From assembly GCA_951406725.2 (NCBI GenBank), contig OX597829.1:21514001-21578000 (forward strand): DNA of 64,000 nt, in the 5' to 3' direction. The notes under the pieces are model-generated. The model had not been told where the DNA came from. It made no database searches and saw only the letters and a list, made by a program, of their open reading frames with translations. This DNA is from Octopus vulgaris. Taxonomy: Eukaryota. This document shows positions 48,870 through 63,300 of this stretch, one piece after another (positions within the stretch are counted from its first letter, which is position 1; each line of letters starts with the position of its first letter). The position numbers were made by a program, and so were the translations under genes.

Positions 48870-49780
48870 TGGGAAATGAAAAGTTGGGCATAAGAGCAAT
48901 CAAATGTAGCATGGAAGAGAGATGACTACGTTGGTTTGGACATGTGATGCATATGAATGAGGACACCTTCATGAAGAAGTGCCAATCACTGAAAGTGGAT
49001 GGTACTCACGGAAGAGGGAGACCCAGGAAGACATGGGATGAAGTGGTAAGGACTGATCTCAGAAAGTTGGACTTCACAGATTAAATGACCATAGACCGAG
49101 ACGTTTGGCGATATGAAGTTCTTGAGAAGGCCCGCCCACATCAGTGAAACTGAGTTCTAGATGAACTGGGGGAAAAAACTTCTCACACATTCTACCACAA
49201 TGAACCAAACTACATTTCTACATCCCTTCTCTTCCTCACATTCCCACTTCATGTACTATGATTACCTCTCACTCCCCAATCTTGTCCTCTAGGCCCGGTG
49301 CCACTGTATCATTACTCTACTTGCCCCGACCTGTGTGTTCTACCCACATGCCTTGTCTCACTCTATTATTGCCATTTGCTAGCCCCTTGCCTGCATGTTC
49401 CACCCACACATAACAAGAAAACTTTTCCCTCACCCTACCCCAACAAACCAATTTACATCTCTTGTCTTTCTTGCATTTCCTCCTTCATTCACCATGCCTA
49501 GCTCTCGCTTCCCAATCCTGGCCTTACACCCCTGTTACTTTGTATCATTGCTACCCGGTAGCCTCTCCAACTCTATATATACCCAGGTCTTTTGCCACTT
49601 ACTTGCACTCTCTTTGCAATATCCTGTCACTTATACTATGGCATTTGAACCTCAAGGGCATGCTCTGGCACTTGCCACTATCTAGACCTCTCTTTTTCTT
49701 TACTCAACCATCTTATTTATACTCTGATCCCCGTTCCTTGTGAGCATGCCCGGTATTTTGCCATCATCTTCATCCTGCTG

Positions 49781-49816
<36 letters not shown>

Positions 49817-50325
49817 TCTCCTGCACTTTCCTCAGGTTGGGCAACTGTGTATTTTCTTTGCAGTAGCACACCTGTTTCTGTCTTCATTCCTGATCTTTCT
49901 CTCTCTGGCTGGGTAACCTTATACTTCCTCTTCAGCAAGACACCTATATCTGTCTCACAATAACCTTTTCATCATCACTTCCTCCAATGCCTCCTCCCCT
50001 CTTAGAAGATTTTGTCTTGCAAGTACTTGGTGGCCTTGTCAGTGCAGGTGCCACTTAAAAGCATCCAGTCCACACTGTAAAGTGTTTGGCATTTGGAAGG
50101 GCATCCATCTGTAAAAACTTTGAAACTGACCTTGCTCATGCTTGTGCCACATAAAAAGAACTAAGTCCACTCTACTGAGTGGTTGGTGCTAGGATGTGCA
50201 TCAAGCTGTAAAAACCCTGCCAAAACAGTTACAGAAGTCCAGTGCAAGCTTCGGCCTGGCTAGCTCTTGTGCTACCATCCCACCCTTGCTAGCATGGAAT
50301 GTTAAATGATGATGATGATGATGCA
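48870..50325 (+). mobile_element. RTE-clade LINE 3' end with long pyrimidine-rich UTR and (GAT)n tail
   Basis: LRWFGHVMHMNED...GTHGRGRPRKTWDEVV, followed by the UTR shared with 16885-17860. Confidence 0.85.
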
Positions 50326-50593
50326 TGACCATCATCATCATCGTTGTTTAACTGCCATCTTCCATGCATTCATGGGCAGGATGGTTTGCAGGAGCTGGCC
50401 AGGTAGAAAAACTACCCTATGCGGCTGTGTTTGTTTTGGCAGGGTTTTTACAGCCAGATGCCCTTCCTAACACTGACAACTGACAGCAGGGTAGTCTCAG
50501 TGCTTTTTACATGGCATTTGTGCAGGTAAGGTTAGTTTTGGTATGATTTTCACAGTTGGATGCCCTTCCAAATGCCAACCACTTTACAGAGTG

Positions 50594-50653
<60 letters not shown>

Positions 50654-50879
50654 TTTTCCTGGATTGTACTGGTGGACTTGGATGTTTGACACCTCTTTGA
50701 AAGATTTCAATCCTCACCTCTGTTATATATATATGTGTGTGTGTGTGTGCATGTAAGAGTGAGAGAGAGAGAGAAAAGAGAAAGGGAGACAAAGAGAGAA
50801 ACTGAATTAATAGAATTGGTGAAACTATAGAAAGAGAAAACACAAAAGTGAGAGTTTATATTATTCTGTATAAGTGTAT

Positions 50880-51230
50880 CAAAATCACAGCCACAATCAA
50901 AAGTGAGTGTGCTTCTTTGGATGTGCAATGTAAGTGCACATGAGCAACAGAGTATATATATGTACTGAGAGAAAGACAGGCCTTAAGAGGAATTAGACGT
51001 AGTTTGCAAAAAAGAAGACTGCGCTGGTATGGACATGTGATGTGTATGGATGAAGACAGCTAAGTAAAGAAGTGTTGATCGCTAAATGTGGCTGGAGCCA
51101 GTAGACAAAGGAGACCCAGGAAGACATGGGATAAAGTAGTGAAAGCTGACCCTAGGACCCTGAGCCTGACAAGAAATGATAGAGGATTTGGATGTCTGAT
51201 GATGTTTTTGAGAAAACCTACTCATCAGGG
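50880..51230 (+). mobile_element. RTE-clade LINE 3' fragment
   Basis: RRLRWYGHVMCMDED and RPRKTWDKVVKAD. Confidence 0.8.
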
Positions 51231-53038
51231 TGAAGCTAACTTCTGGTAGTACCATGCATACATATTTTTTTTTTTTTCCTATTTTGCCAAAAAGAAACAA
51301 CCATCCTGAAATACAAGGTGTATGTATGTTATGTATATATATATATCGAGCGTGATCGTTACCAACGTCACTTCACTGACACCTGTGCCGGTGGCATGTG
51401 TAAAAAGATTCAAGCGAGGTCATTGCCAGTACCGCCTGACTGGCCCCCGTGCCGGTGGCACGTAAAAAGCACCCACTACACTCTTGGAGTGGTTGGCGTT
51501 AGGAAGGGCATCCAGCTGTAGAAACTCTGCCAGATCAAGATTGGAGCCTGGTGCAGCCATCTGGTTTGCCAGTCCTCAGTCAAAATCGTCCAACCCATGC
51601 TAGCATGGAAAGCAGACGTTAAACGATGATGATGATGATGATGATACATACATACATATGTGTGTGTGTGTGTGTATGCAAGCACACAAATGAGCTCTTT
51701 CTTCAATCAATTTCCTCCTCGTATTGCTTTACCTCTGCCTCTCCAGCCACTAGGCCACCAAATTATCTTTCCTTATGCATTATAGCTCTCTCTCTCACTA
51801 CTGCTCTCACATCCTACCCAAAGACATCTCTCTCTCTCGTCCCCCTGTCAACTGTATCATCATTACTATCCAGCCGCTAGCTTCTCTTTATCGTCCCCAA
51901 CTCGTGCACTCTCACCCCCATATTCATCATTCCCTCCATCCACCTTTCATCCTAACCAAACCTATGATGCCTACCCAACTTCTACTTCCTCTATCTCTTA
52001 CCCATACACTGTTGCAAATTCCAACCTGCACACACTCCCAGCTCTCCTATTTACCAAAGTAACTTAAGGTTCCATAAGAACACCACATCACCACTTATTT
52101 ATCTCTTCGGAGAAACCACCAATTCATTCTGTCCTTAGGTTTTGTAGACTCATAAGCTGTATGGCAACCTCAATAGTACTGGTATCAAATTAAAAAGCAC
52201 CCAGTACACTGTAAAGTGGTTGGCATTAGAAAGGACATCCAGACATAGAAACCATACCAAAGTAGACACTGGAGCATGATGCTATCCTTGGACCCACTGG
52301 GTCCTGTCAAACCAACCAACCCATGCCAGAAAGGAACATAGAAGTTAAATTATGATGATGATGGAGATAGTTACATACACAGACAGGTAATTTATTTTTG
52401 TTCTTTATAAATTAGAAGAGAAAGGAGTGGCTGCCAAGTGGAAAAAATATCCTCAAATCAGAGGTAGTATAATACTAGGAAACAAATTGTCTACCACCCA
52501 AGAAGAACATAATGATTTCAAATTTGGTACAAGGCCAGCAGGTTTGGGGGAGGGCCTTAGTCGATTACATTGATCCCTGTATACAACTGGTACTTATTTC
52601 ATTGACCATGAAAGGATAAAAGGCAAAGTTTACCTCAACAGAATTTCAACTTAGAATGTAAAGTTAGACGAAGATTTTGTCTGGTGTGCTAACAATTCTG
52701 CTGTAAGAGCCAGAACCAATAATGTTAAGCATCTAGCTTGACATTCTTGCAGTTTGGCCAACCCACTGCTTTGGATAGGTCCTTTTTTTTTTATTTTGAC
52801 CCTTTAGTAATCAGATTACTTTGTTTTATGTAATACCTATTTATTCACATTGTTTTGAATTAATCATAACTTAGGCGCAGGAGTGGCTGTGTGGTAAGTA
52901 GCTTGCTTACCAACCACATGGTTCCGGGTTCATTACCACTGCATGGCACCTTGGGCAAGTGTCTTCTACTATAGCCTCGGGCCAACCAAAGCCTTGTGAG
53001 TGGATTTGGTAGACGGAAAGCGAAAGAAGCCCATTGTA

Positions 53039-53082
<44 letters not shown>

Positions 53083-53615
53083 TGTGTGTCTGTGTTTGTC
53101 TCCCAACATCGCTTGACAACCGATACTGGTGTGTTTACGTCCCCGTAACTTGGCGGTTCAGCAAGAGAGACCGATAGAATCGGCTTACAAAGAATAAGTC
53201 CTGGGGTCAATTTGCATGGCTAAAGGCGGTGCTCCAGCATGGCCACAGTCAAATGACTGAAACAAGTAAAAGAGTATCTACTAGCTTAGAAATTTCAATA
53301 ATGTCACAGATTATTTTTAGAATGACATTGTACGGTGAGAATGAGAGACCAGATCTGGCCAGTTCAAATATAAAGCAGGTGGACTATTTTGGGTGGACAT
53401 GGCTGGTTTAAATGCTAAAAGGTTAAATCAAAGGATGAATGGTAAAGTTGTCCATAGTATGACTTAAACTCGGAAAGCAGAGAGGTTGAATGAATAACAT
53501 AAAGTGCTCCGTTCGATCCCTGAACAACTTTGCCACTTCACCACATTAATGGTTAGAGAAAAATCCGTGCAATTTGGAAATTAGAATAGAGAAATTCCAC
53601 TTAAAGAATGCCTAC

Positions 53616-53676
53616 CTCATAGTGATGTGTATGTTGTTCTGATCTCTGTTTTTGATTCTTGAAAATTTCCTCATCA
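53616..53676 (-). CDS. GLE1: GLE1 coding exon (DEEIFKNQKQRSEQHTHHYE)
   Basis: Poly-T tract plus ccag acceptor, GAG|gtaggc donor, 61 nt, phase 2 to 0. Confidence 0.82.
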
Positions 53677-55187
53677 CTGGAAAAAAAAAAAAAAATTAAT
53701 TTAAAGTTAACATTAATTTTCGCAGTCAAAGATTATTATTGCATAGTCATGTGATCATGTGACCAACCAGGCTATCAGATGTTTCACAACGCTGGTCACA
53801 ATGCATTTTTGTATTGTTTTATCCTTCAAATGATGCCATTCTGGAGCAACATGAAGTGAAATGTTTTGCTAATGAACATAACACACTGCCCAGTTAGGGA
53901 GTTGAACCCACAATTTAGTGATCGTGAGTGCATAATAAAAAGCAAAAACCATTTCAGCCAAATAAAGTTGATGAGTTATGATTGAATAAAAAAGTCAATA
54001 AAATAAACAATAATAATATGTTAAATAAGCAGGGAAACTTGAAATTTATAGAAGAGAAATGGCAAATTGTAATTTTCATCATTATAACTGAAAACAAAAC
54101 GACCTATTCCAATGAGAATTAAAATTAAATTGCAAACATGGTTTGTCAAGAACTTTAATAAACGATGATCATGATGATGATGATGGCTTCAGATTTTGGC
54201 ACAAGGCCAGCAATTTCTGGGGAAGGGGTAAGTCAATTATATCGCTCCCAGTACTCAAATGGCATTTATTTTATTGACCCCCAACAGAATCTGAATTCAG
54301 AACATAAAGACAGATGCTAAGCATTTCACCTGGCATGTTAACAGTTTTGTCAGCTCGTCCATGATGATGATGATGATAATGCTTTCTACTATAGCCACAA
54401 GAACTGAAATTTTGGGTGGCAAGGAAAGTCAATCACACTGACCTCAGTACTTGATTGGTACTTAATTTATCAACCCTGAGAGGATGAAAGTCAAAGTCGA
54501 CCTAGGCAGAATTTGAACTCAGAATGTAGTGATAAGTAAAAGACTGCTAAGCATTTCAGTGAGCGTGCTAACATTTCAGCTCACCAACTTAATAAATAAT
54601 AATAATAATAATGTTCATAAAAGCACCAGGCATTGGTGGTGAGAAGAGTAAACAAGTGAATTAAGCCAATCAGCACTGATTTTCTCAATTCCAAGGCATG
54701 GTTAAGAAGCTTACTTCCCAATCAAGTGGTCTTGGTTTCAGTCTCACTGTGCAGCATCTTGGATGAGTGTCCTTATATGGCTCCAAACTATAAAAGCCTT
54801 ATGAATGGATCTGGTAGACAGAAACAGAAACAAACCTGCTACATACAAGTGTGTGTGTATATATAAATTATATATATATATAAAAGCACCATCCGTTCGT
54901 GTCCGTTGCCAGCATCGCCTGGCCCCGTGCCGGTGACACGTAAAAGCACCATCCGTTTGTGGCCGTTTGCCAGCTCTGTCTGGCACCTGTGCAGGTGGCA
55001 CATAAAAAACACCCACTACACTCATGGAGTGGTTGGCGTTAGGAAGGGCATCCAGCCGTAGAAACACTGCCAGATCTGACTGGGCCTGACGAAGCCTTTC
55101 AGCTTCCCAGACCCCAGTTGACCCGTCCAACCCATGCTAGTGTGGAAAGCGGACGCTAAATGATGATGATGATGATATATATATATA

Positions 55188-55994
55188 CGTGATCTGATCA
55201 ATAAGTATCTGGACTGTTGCCATAGTAACGAAGCTAAAGCGTGCAGAGAGAAGCCACTTGGCACAAATTGAGCTTGAACTCTGCTGTGCATGTACACTTA
55301 AGTTTTAACGTTCTAGCTAACTTCCACTGTTTACAGCAGTGATTGGAAGGAACATGTGTAGCGTGTGATTGTCACATTGACCATGACAGAAAAAGCTGAG
55401 CAGAGAATCTGCATCAAATTTTTCCAAAAGCTTGGCAATACCTGCTCAGAGGCCTATGCAAAGTTTTCAAAAAGTTTTCATCATTCTCGACACAATCAAG
55501 GAGATCTTGTGCAACTGAAACTCATACCCAAATCTTCAGTGATAATGGACTGAACTGAAACATAACTAATCTGCACACCCTCATGGATATTGATTCGACG
55601 ATTTCATCTCACAGCTGCATGCACATCTGCAATGTTTTTCTAATTTCAGCTGGTTGTGGGTCTCCCAGAATGTTTGGCCATCTTGGAAATGTCTGAGCCA
55701 CTCATACACTTGTATGTATCTCACACACTCTTCTTCATACACTTTCTTCAACTTTGCGCAGACCTCTGAGCTGGTATTGTCATGACAACTTTGTCTGTCA
55801 TGGTCAATGCGACAATTACATGCTACACAACTTCCTTCCAAGCACTGCTGTAAATAGCAGAAGTGAGCTAGAACGTTAAAACTTAGTATGCATGCACAGA
55901 AGAGTTCAAGGTCAATCTGTGCCAAGCAGCTTCACTCTGCATACTTTAGCTTCATTACTATAGCAACAGTCCAGATACTTACTGATCAGATACT
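55188..55994 (+). mobile_element. Palindromic mariner derivative made of two inverted 5' ends
   Basis: Left arm about 55188-55465 is the reverse complement of about 55750-55994; arms encode MTEKAEQRICIKFFQKLG and KLKKVYEEEC..YIQVYEWLRHFQDG (mariner HTH). Confidence 0.88.
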
Positions 55995-56258
55995 CACACA
56001 CACATACACGAGTATGTATACATGTACATGCATATGTGTGTAATCTTGTCTTGCAATGTTGCAATCATGTGATTGTTACAAATGAACTTCACCATCATGC
56101 AAGTGATGTTGTTCCTTTGCAGTCTTCCATGGTCCTGGGTTCAGTCCCATTGCGTGGCAACTTGGGCAAGTGTCTTCTAATATAGCCTTGGGCCAACCAA
56201 AGACTTGTGAGTGGATTTGGTTGATGGAAAATGAAAGAAGCCCATCATATATAGCCTC

Positions 56259-56289
<31 letters not shown>

Positions 56290-56514
56290 CCCTAGCCACC
56301 GCTTGACAACCGGTGCTGGAGTAATTACATCCATGTGATCAAGCAGTTCAGCAAAAAGAAATCAACAGAATAAGTACTAGACTTAGAGTAATAAGTACTG
56401 GGGTTCATCCATTTGATTAAAAATTCACCAAAACAGTGCCCCAGCATGGCCACACTCTAAAGACTGAAACAAGTAAAAGATAAATAAATAAATAAATAAA
56501 TAAAATGACTGTAC

Positions 56515-56663
56515 CTTTGTTTGAATAAATCATGTAACTTTTCCCACTGACTAACTTTAGAATCTTCTTCCTTCTTCCTGAGATTCTCAAGATTTTCATT
56601 CACTACTAGATTTATATATTTATCATTCCTATGAAATTCTGAAGTCTTCTTCTTTTTCAGTAC
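56515..56663 (-). CDS. GLE1: GLE1 coding exon, first one visible in window (VLKKKK...DLFKQS), coiled-coil region
   Basis: Acceptor tgtcag|GTA, donor AG|gtacag, 149 nt open, phase 0 to 2; fits the phase of the next exon. Assigned by phase continuity and charged composition, not strong homology. Confidence 0.8.
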
Positions 56664-59095
56664 CTGACATCAAAATTAAAATAAAAGTTATTTCAGAGAA
56701 TAAACAGAATGTAACTCGTTTTCTTATACTGTTAGGTATTAGGTCTGAATGTACATTGGAAAGAACAAAAAGACTTATGGCTGCACACCACACATATAGC
56801 ATACACTAATACTTTATTATTATTAATAATAATAATAATAAATATTATTATTATTTTTAGTGTATGGCCTCTAGGTTAGAGTATTAGACTCATTTTTAAA
56901 ACTAAATAAGAAAAAAGCCACGAAAAAAATTTTCAAAAAAAATATAGGTCACTATAACCTATATATAAAAATGCAAGAAATTAATGTATTTCTGGAAATT
57001 AACTTTATTCAATTTACACAATTTCTTTATCCAGGGTACAAAACAAGAAAAAAATTCTTCCACTTGTACACTCCGACACACACACACACATTGCTGCTCT
57101 CCTTGTAATCACTCACTGCTCCCTATTCCATTGCCTCCCTCTTACCATTCTCTCCTCACTACATCCCTGCCAGTCTGAACCCTCTTTCTACACTACTCCA
57201 CCCACAAAACAGCCACTCCTCTCTTAACCTCTCTCTGTGCACCCAGTTTGGATCCTCATTGTTCTCATCTTTTTCTCTATCTCATTGACCCATTTCCCTC
57301 ACCTTTCACTCATATTTACCCCCTTTAAGTTGGGATAGTCCTGGATTCTTCTCCACAACCCTTCTATTCTGTCTTACCTCACTGTCTCTCTCTCTCTCTT
57401 TCCAGCAAACCCCTGACACTACTCCTTCCTTGCTCCTTCCATACCCCCTTACTGTTACTCTCCCCACCTGCAACACCCTTAACAATAAATCAACCCTTTT
57501 CATCATACTCGAACCCCACCCTACCTTCCTCAAATGCTTCTTTCAATTGTGACACTTCTTTAGTCTTACCAATCATAAGTCAGCCTCACAAATGCTGGAA
57601 CCACAGTAAAGCACTGCCACCCCCACCTCTCAGCAACAACTACACGGGGAGGGGGCAGGATATTCTTCCCACAACCTTTGGCCTCAAAACAATAAATCTA
57701 TTCCCTTCAAGTGTAAGAGAAAAAAAAACCTAGAAAAAGAAAACAAGGAAAAAAGCCCAGAGCACAAAGCCATACTAGGACCAAAAAAAAAAAAAAGAAA
57801 GAAAAAATCTTGAATCATAATTTTAATTCTATTATTTGTAGTTTATGAACACTTCTCTGGAATGTAAAATAATTATTTATATAAAATTAATTATATAAAA
57901 GCCCCAATCACAAAAATGAGCATAACAGAAAGAACATCATACTGTATCTTTGAAAAATTAAGACAAACACAATATTGAAATCTTTAGCTTGCTAACCAAC
58001 CACATGGTTCCATGTTCAGACCCACTGCGTGGCATCTTGGGCAAGTGTCTTCTGCTATAGCCCCGGGCCAAACAATGCCTTGTGAGTGGATTTGGTAGAT
58101 GGAAACTGAAAGAAGCCTGTCGTATATATGTATATATATATATGTGTGTATGTGTATGTGTTTGTCCCCCTAGCATTGCTTGACAACCGATGCTGGTGTG
58201 TTTACGTCCCCGTCACTTAGCGGTTCAGCAAAAGAGACCGATAGAATAAGTACTGGGCTTACAAAGAATAAATCCTGGGGTCGATTTGCTCGACTAAAGG
58301 CGGTGCTCCAGCATGGCCACAGTCAAAATGACTGAAACAAGTAAAAGAAGTGTTGAGGTTCATTTCACTAACAGCTTGATGCTGTGCCCTACACCATTCA
58401 GAAATTCCTCAATGATCTTCCATGTATTCACATAGTCCAGAAGTGGGTTTTGTATGGACCCTATTCCCCACATCATACTTCATTTACCCTTTCATCACAT
58501 TACCTAAAATCATCAGCCTTCTCACTCTCTCATTTCTTCTATCAGTGTGGCAGGTTATTTAGTTCTGCAAGGTATAATGTGACTTTGCTAGAGTTAGTGC
58601 CATGATAAATACACCTACTACAATTCTGTGAAGTGGCTGACATTAAACCTTTCATTACTGTATTTATTTCGAGATGCTCTGTGTTTCTTTCAATTACTTT
58701 AAATATAACAAAAAATTTAACAAAATAACTCAGTTATCATTCAGCTAGTGTTAGGAACATAAATTATGACTAAGGTTTGATGAAAGATTTTAATTCAAAA
58801 CTTATGAAAACAAGATATTTGTACACAGAGTCAGAGCTGGTTTCAGCCGGGTTGGTAACGAAAGGGTCAAGGAGGGCATACAGCTGTAGAAACCATGCCA
58901 AACCTGAGACACTGGAGACCAATGTGGTCATCCAATGTGTAACCCATGCCAGAATAGAAAGTTGTATGATGATGACGAAGAAATTTTTCCCAGGAAAACT
59001 TAAAATAAATGCTTTTTTTATTTTATTTTTTTTTTGCATTGTTTCTTTAATTTAAAATACTGAATAAAAAATTTTCTTTTCACATATATAATATC

Positions 59096-59126
<31 letters not shown>

Positions 59127-59318
59127 AGAAAAAAAAAAGGATGTCATTGTGTATAAATTTTTAGTTTTTCAGTTAAGTAAATCACTGAAAATATCATTTG
59201 ATTACTGCATTTGGAGGCACAGGAATGGATCTGTGGTTAAGTATTATGCTCACCAACCAGTTCTGTTGCACAAGAAGAATAGGTTTTTAATGTTAGCCTG
59301 TAGTAGTATCAGTAGTTT

Positions 59319-59349
<31 letters not shown>

Positions 59350-60099
59350 TCTTCTTCTTCATCATCATCATCATCATCAACATTACCATCAGGCTTTTAA
59401 TTTTAGCTGCTAATATGAGTAGTTTTATTCTCAGTTTCATTATCACCACCATAACCACCTACCACCATCATCAACATTGTCATCACCTTCATCAACATTA
59501 TCATCATTGATTTAATGCCCAATTTTCCATGCATGTACGGATCAGACAAAACTTATCAGGGTAGATTTCCTTTGGCTTCATGCCCTTCTTGTATATATCA
59601 TCTTTTATCTTTTATCTGTTTCAGTCTTTAGATTGTGGTCAAGCTGGGGTATCACCATGAAAAATTCTAGTCGAACGAATCAACTCCTTACTTATTATTT
59701 TTTTGTAAGCCCTGATACTTCTGTCAGTCCCTTATGCCAAGCTAAGTTAAGGGGGCCTAATCACACACAGACACACACACACAATGGACTTCTTTCAGTT
59801 TCCATCTACTAAATCCACTCACAAGGCTTTGGGAGGCCCAAGGCTATAGTAGAAGACATTTGTCCAAGGTGTCATGCAGTGGGAAGCAAGCTTCTTACCA
59901 CACAGCCATGTTTGCACCTATATTATTTATTTACTTTTTTTTTGTTTCTGTTACACAAATATTAGTAAACAAATTTTTCTATACATATGCATGCATAGGA
60001 AATCTATTTCAACAAATTTTGTTTGACCCATGCAAACAAGGAAAATGGGCATCAAAAAAAAAAAATGGTGATGGTGGTGATGATGATGTTGATGATAAA

Positions 60100-60330
60100 G
60101 GTGGCAAGCTGGCAGAAACATTAGCACGCCGGGTGAAAAGCGTAGCCGTATTTCGTCTGCCGTTACGTTCTGAGTTCAAATTCCGCCGAGGTCGACTTTG
60201 CCTTTCATCCTTTCAGGGTCGATAAATTAAGTACCAGTTACACACTGGGGTTGATGTAATCGACCTGATCCGTTTGTCTGTCCTTGTTTGTCCCCCATGT
60301 GTTTAGCCCCTTGTGGGTAGTAAAGAAATA
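60100..60330 (+). mobile_element. tRNA-derived SINE family B, representative. Others: ~5917-7470 cluster(+), 27487-27680(-), 29210-29412(-), 31565-31797(-), 34570-34805(-), 38190-38370(-), 48472-48685(+), 54190-54590(-), 62788-63017(-)
   Basis: GAGCTGGCAGAA.CGTTAGCAC head, GAGTTCAAATTCC B box, central GCCTTTCATCCTTTCGGGGTCGATAAATTAAGTACC (resembles the Meta-SINE domain, from memory); two alternative tails. Confidence 0.88.
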
Positions 60331-63300
60331 GGTGATGATGATGATGATAGTAGTGGTAGTAGCGACAGTCACGATGATGATCTCTTGGAAGTCTTTGGAT
60401 GGTTGTACACTGTAGCTCCCCAATATATACTTTTTTCCAATAATGTTATCTAATTGATTAATGATCTTGTGTTGATGTGTTTATTTAACCTTTTAAGGGA
60501 CAGAGAAAGAATGGGGTGTGGTGGGGTGGGAAGTTGTTTGTTTAATTTTACAATTCCAAAGACATGTGCTAAGGTGAATTCTCTGGAATGCAGGTGAGAT
60601 AAGGAATGCCTGTCAGTGCATCTAACTAGCACTGTAATTAGTTTATTCAGTGTAATGTTTAATTAGGTAGTTATATCTTCTTCAATTTACTTTTGCTGTG
60701 GGGTAAATCAACAAATCCAATCAATGCCGTCAGTGTAAAAGTTCACAAATTAACAGAAGTATTTGCAGAATGTAGGGCAACAGGCCATAGAAAAAAAATC
60801 TGTCTTGATAAACTTCATCTGACACATGCAAACATGGAAAAGCGGACATGATGATGATTTGTGAATTGAGATAATCAAAGAAAAAAAACAAAAAAAAACA
60901 AAAACAAGACAGGTCTTTTTCAGAGAGAGTGATGTGTGTGCATGAATATTTCACATTGCATGACCAAAACCTTGTGAGTAGATTTGGTAGCCCATCGTGT
61001 ATATGTGTGTGTTTATGCCCTTGTAACAATATTTAAATCATCCCATGCTGTTTAGAATATGTATTTAATAGATAATCTAAGATTTAATAGATCAGTCTAA
61101 GGATTAACCAGGGAACAGTGAAAACGTCATTAAGGGGGGAAAAAAGCAAAGACATGTCAAATAATAAGCAAATAAAAGGAAAGATTTTAAACAGTAAATT
61201 GAAAACTAAGAATTTAGATGACATAATGACTAGGTAATAATTAAGAAAGTGGATTTATAATTGGAATCTTATCACATTGTTTTGGTATGTGTAGCCAAAA
61301 AGACCAAAATTTTTTTTCTGTTAAAATTGAAATTGATGGGTGGTGCATGTAGAAAACAAAGAATAAAGTGCCTAAAACTATTTCATTAGTATGTAAAGCT
61401 ATATATATATATATTATAGTTTTATATTACATGGACTGAAAGACAATTCCTGGCAGGTTATTACACTTCAAAACGTTTGTTCCATTGCCAATGAATCTGC
61501 CTCAAAGTCCTTTCAGCTTGTATCATTTGGGCCAATCAATTGGCTAGGGTGTCGCAAGAGGGTTAAATGAAATTAGGGGCAATTAATTGGTTGAAATTAA
61601 TTTGTGTTTTACAGGTTCTGTATATACAAGAAATCTTTTTAGAATGTTTATTAAGAGTTGTTTGTTTTATATTCATTTTTTGAGGACCCCCCCTTTTTTT
61701 TTTTACTTATGGACCCCTTTCGCACCTATTTTATTAGGGTGGGCCATCAAAGCCATTTGATGCTTGGAAAAAACCCCATTATATAGTTTTATTCTTTTAT
61801 TTGTTTCAGTCATTTGACTGCAGCCATGCTGGAGCACTGCCTTTAGTCGAGCAAATCGACCCCAGGACTTATTCTTTGGAAGCCTAGTACTTATTCTATC
61901 GGCCTCTTTTGCCGAACTGCTAAGTTACAGGGATGTAAACACACCACCATTGGTTGTCAAGCGATGTTGGGGAGGGGGACAAACACATACACATATATAC
62001 AACGGGCTTCTTTTAGTTTCCATCTACCAAATCCATTCACAAGGCTTTGGTCAACCCGAGGCTATAGTAGAAGACGCTTGCCCAAGGTGCCACACAGTGG
62101 GAATGAACCCGGAATCATGTGGTTCATAAGCAAGCTACTTAACACGCAGCCACTCCTGCGCCTATAATTAACTATTAATAGAAATTGCATTAAAAAAAAA
62201 ATTGTTAAAATATTTTGTATATTGTACAAGTAAAATCAATTTATAGCACATAAACTTCAGCAGCAAAATCTTATATGGACCTGTGAGGGCCATATGGTCA
62301 GGGTTGAGAACTACTGAGTTAACTGTTTAGTATTCAAATTTTTCTGTCAGATGTAAGACTTATTCATTTACTTTGTTTTGAATTAATGCTGCATTATCTT
62401 GTAGCTTTGAGATTTTGATGATGAAATTGTATATTTTGAGAATGATATATTGTAGGGTAGGTGTGAGAAGCCAAATTTGGCTGGTTTGAGCATAAAACAA
62501 GAATATTTGTGTCGGATGTGGCCAGTATAAATGCTAAAGAGTTAAACAAACACTCATTGACACAGTATTTTTTGGCTGAATGCCTTTCTTTTCTCAACTC
62601 TTATCTATTTTTCAAGTACAGAAATTTTTTTGTTTTGCTTTTTGTTTTTATTTCACTGGACTTCGAGTGTGTAAAGATACAGAACTTATTGTTAACAATG
62701 AATGTAAACATAATGACATGATCATCATCATCATTGTTTAATGTCCACTTTCCATGCTGGCATAGGTTGGACAGTTTGACTGCAAACTTATTTCTTTATT
62801 GCCCATAAGGAGTTAAACATATGGGGGACAAACAAGGACAGACAAAGGGATTAAGTCGATTTCATCGAACCCAGTGCGTAACCGGTACTCAATTTATCGA
62901 CCCCGAAAGGATGAAAGGCAAAGTCAAACTTGGCGGAATTTGAACTCAGAACATAAAGACACACGAAACACCGCTAGGCATTTCGCCCGGTGTGCTAACG
63001 TTTCTGCCAGTTCGCCGACTGGTAAGCCAGTGGGCTGCACCAGGTTCCAATCTGATTTGGCATGGTTTCTACAGCTTGATGCCCTTCCTAACACCAACCA
63101 CTCCAAGAGTGTAGTGGGTGCTTTTTATATGCCAGACATGACACCGGCATTGGCCATGACTACAAACTCACTTGGCTTGACAGGTCTGCACAAGCACAGT
63201 ATATTGGCAAAGGTCTCGGTCACCTGTCATTGCCTTCATGAGGTCCAAAGCACAGGTGTCAATCAGATGGCACTGCCATTGACCATGACTACAATTTCAT

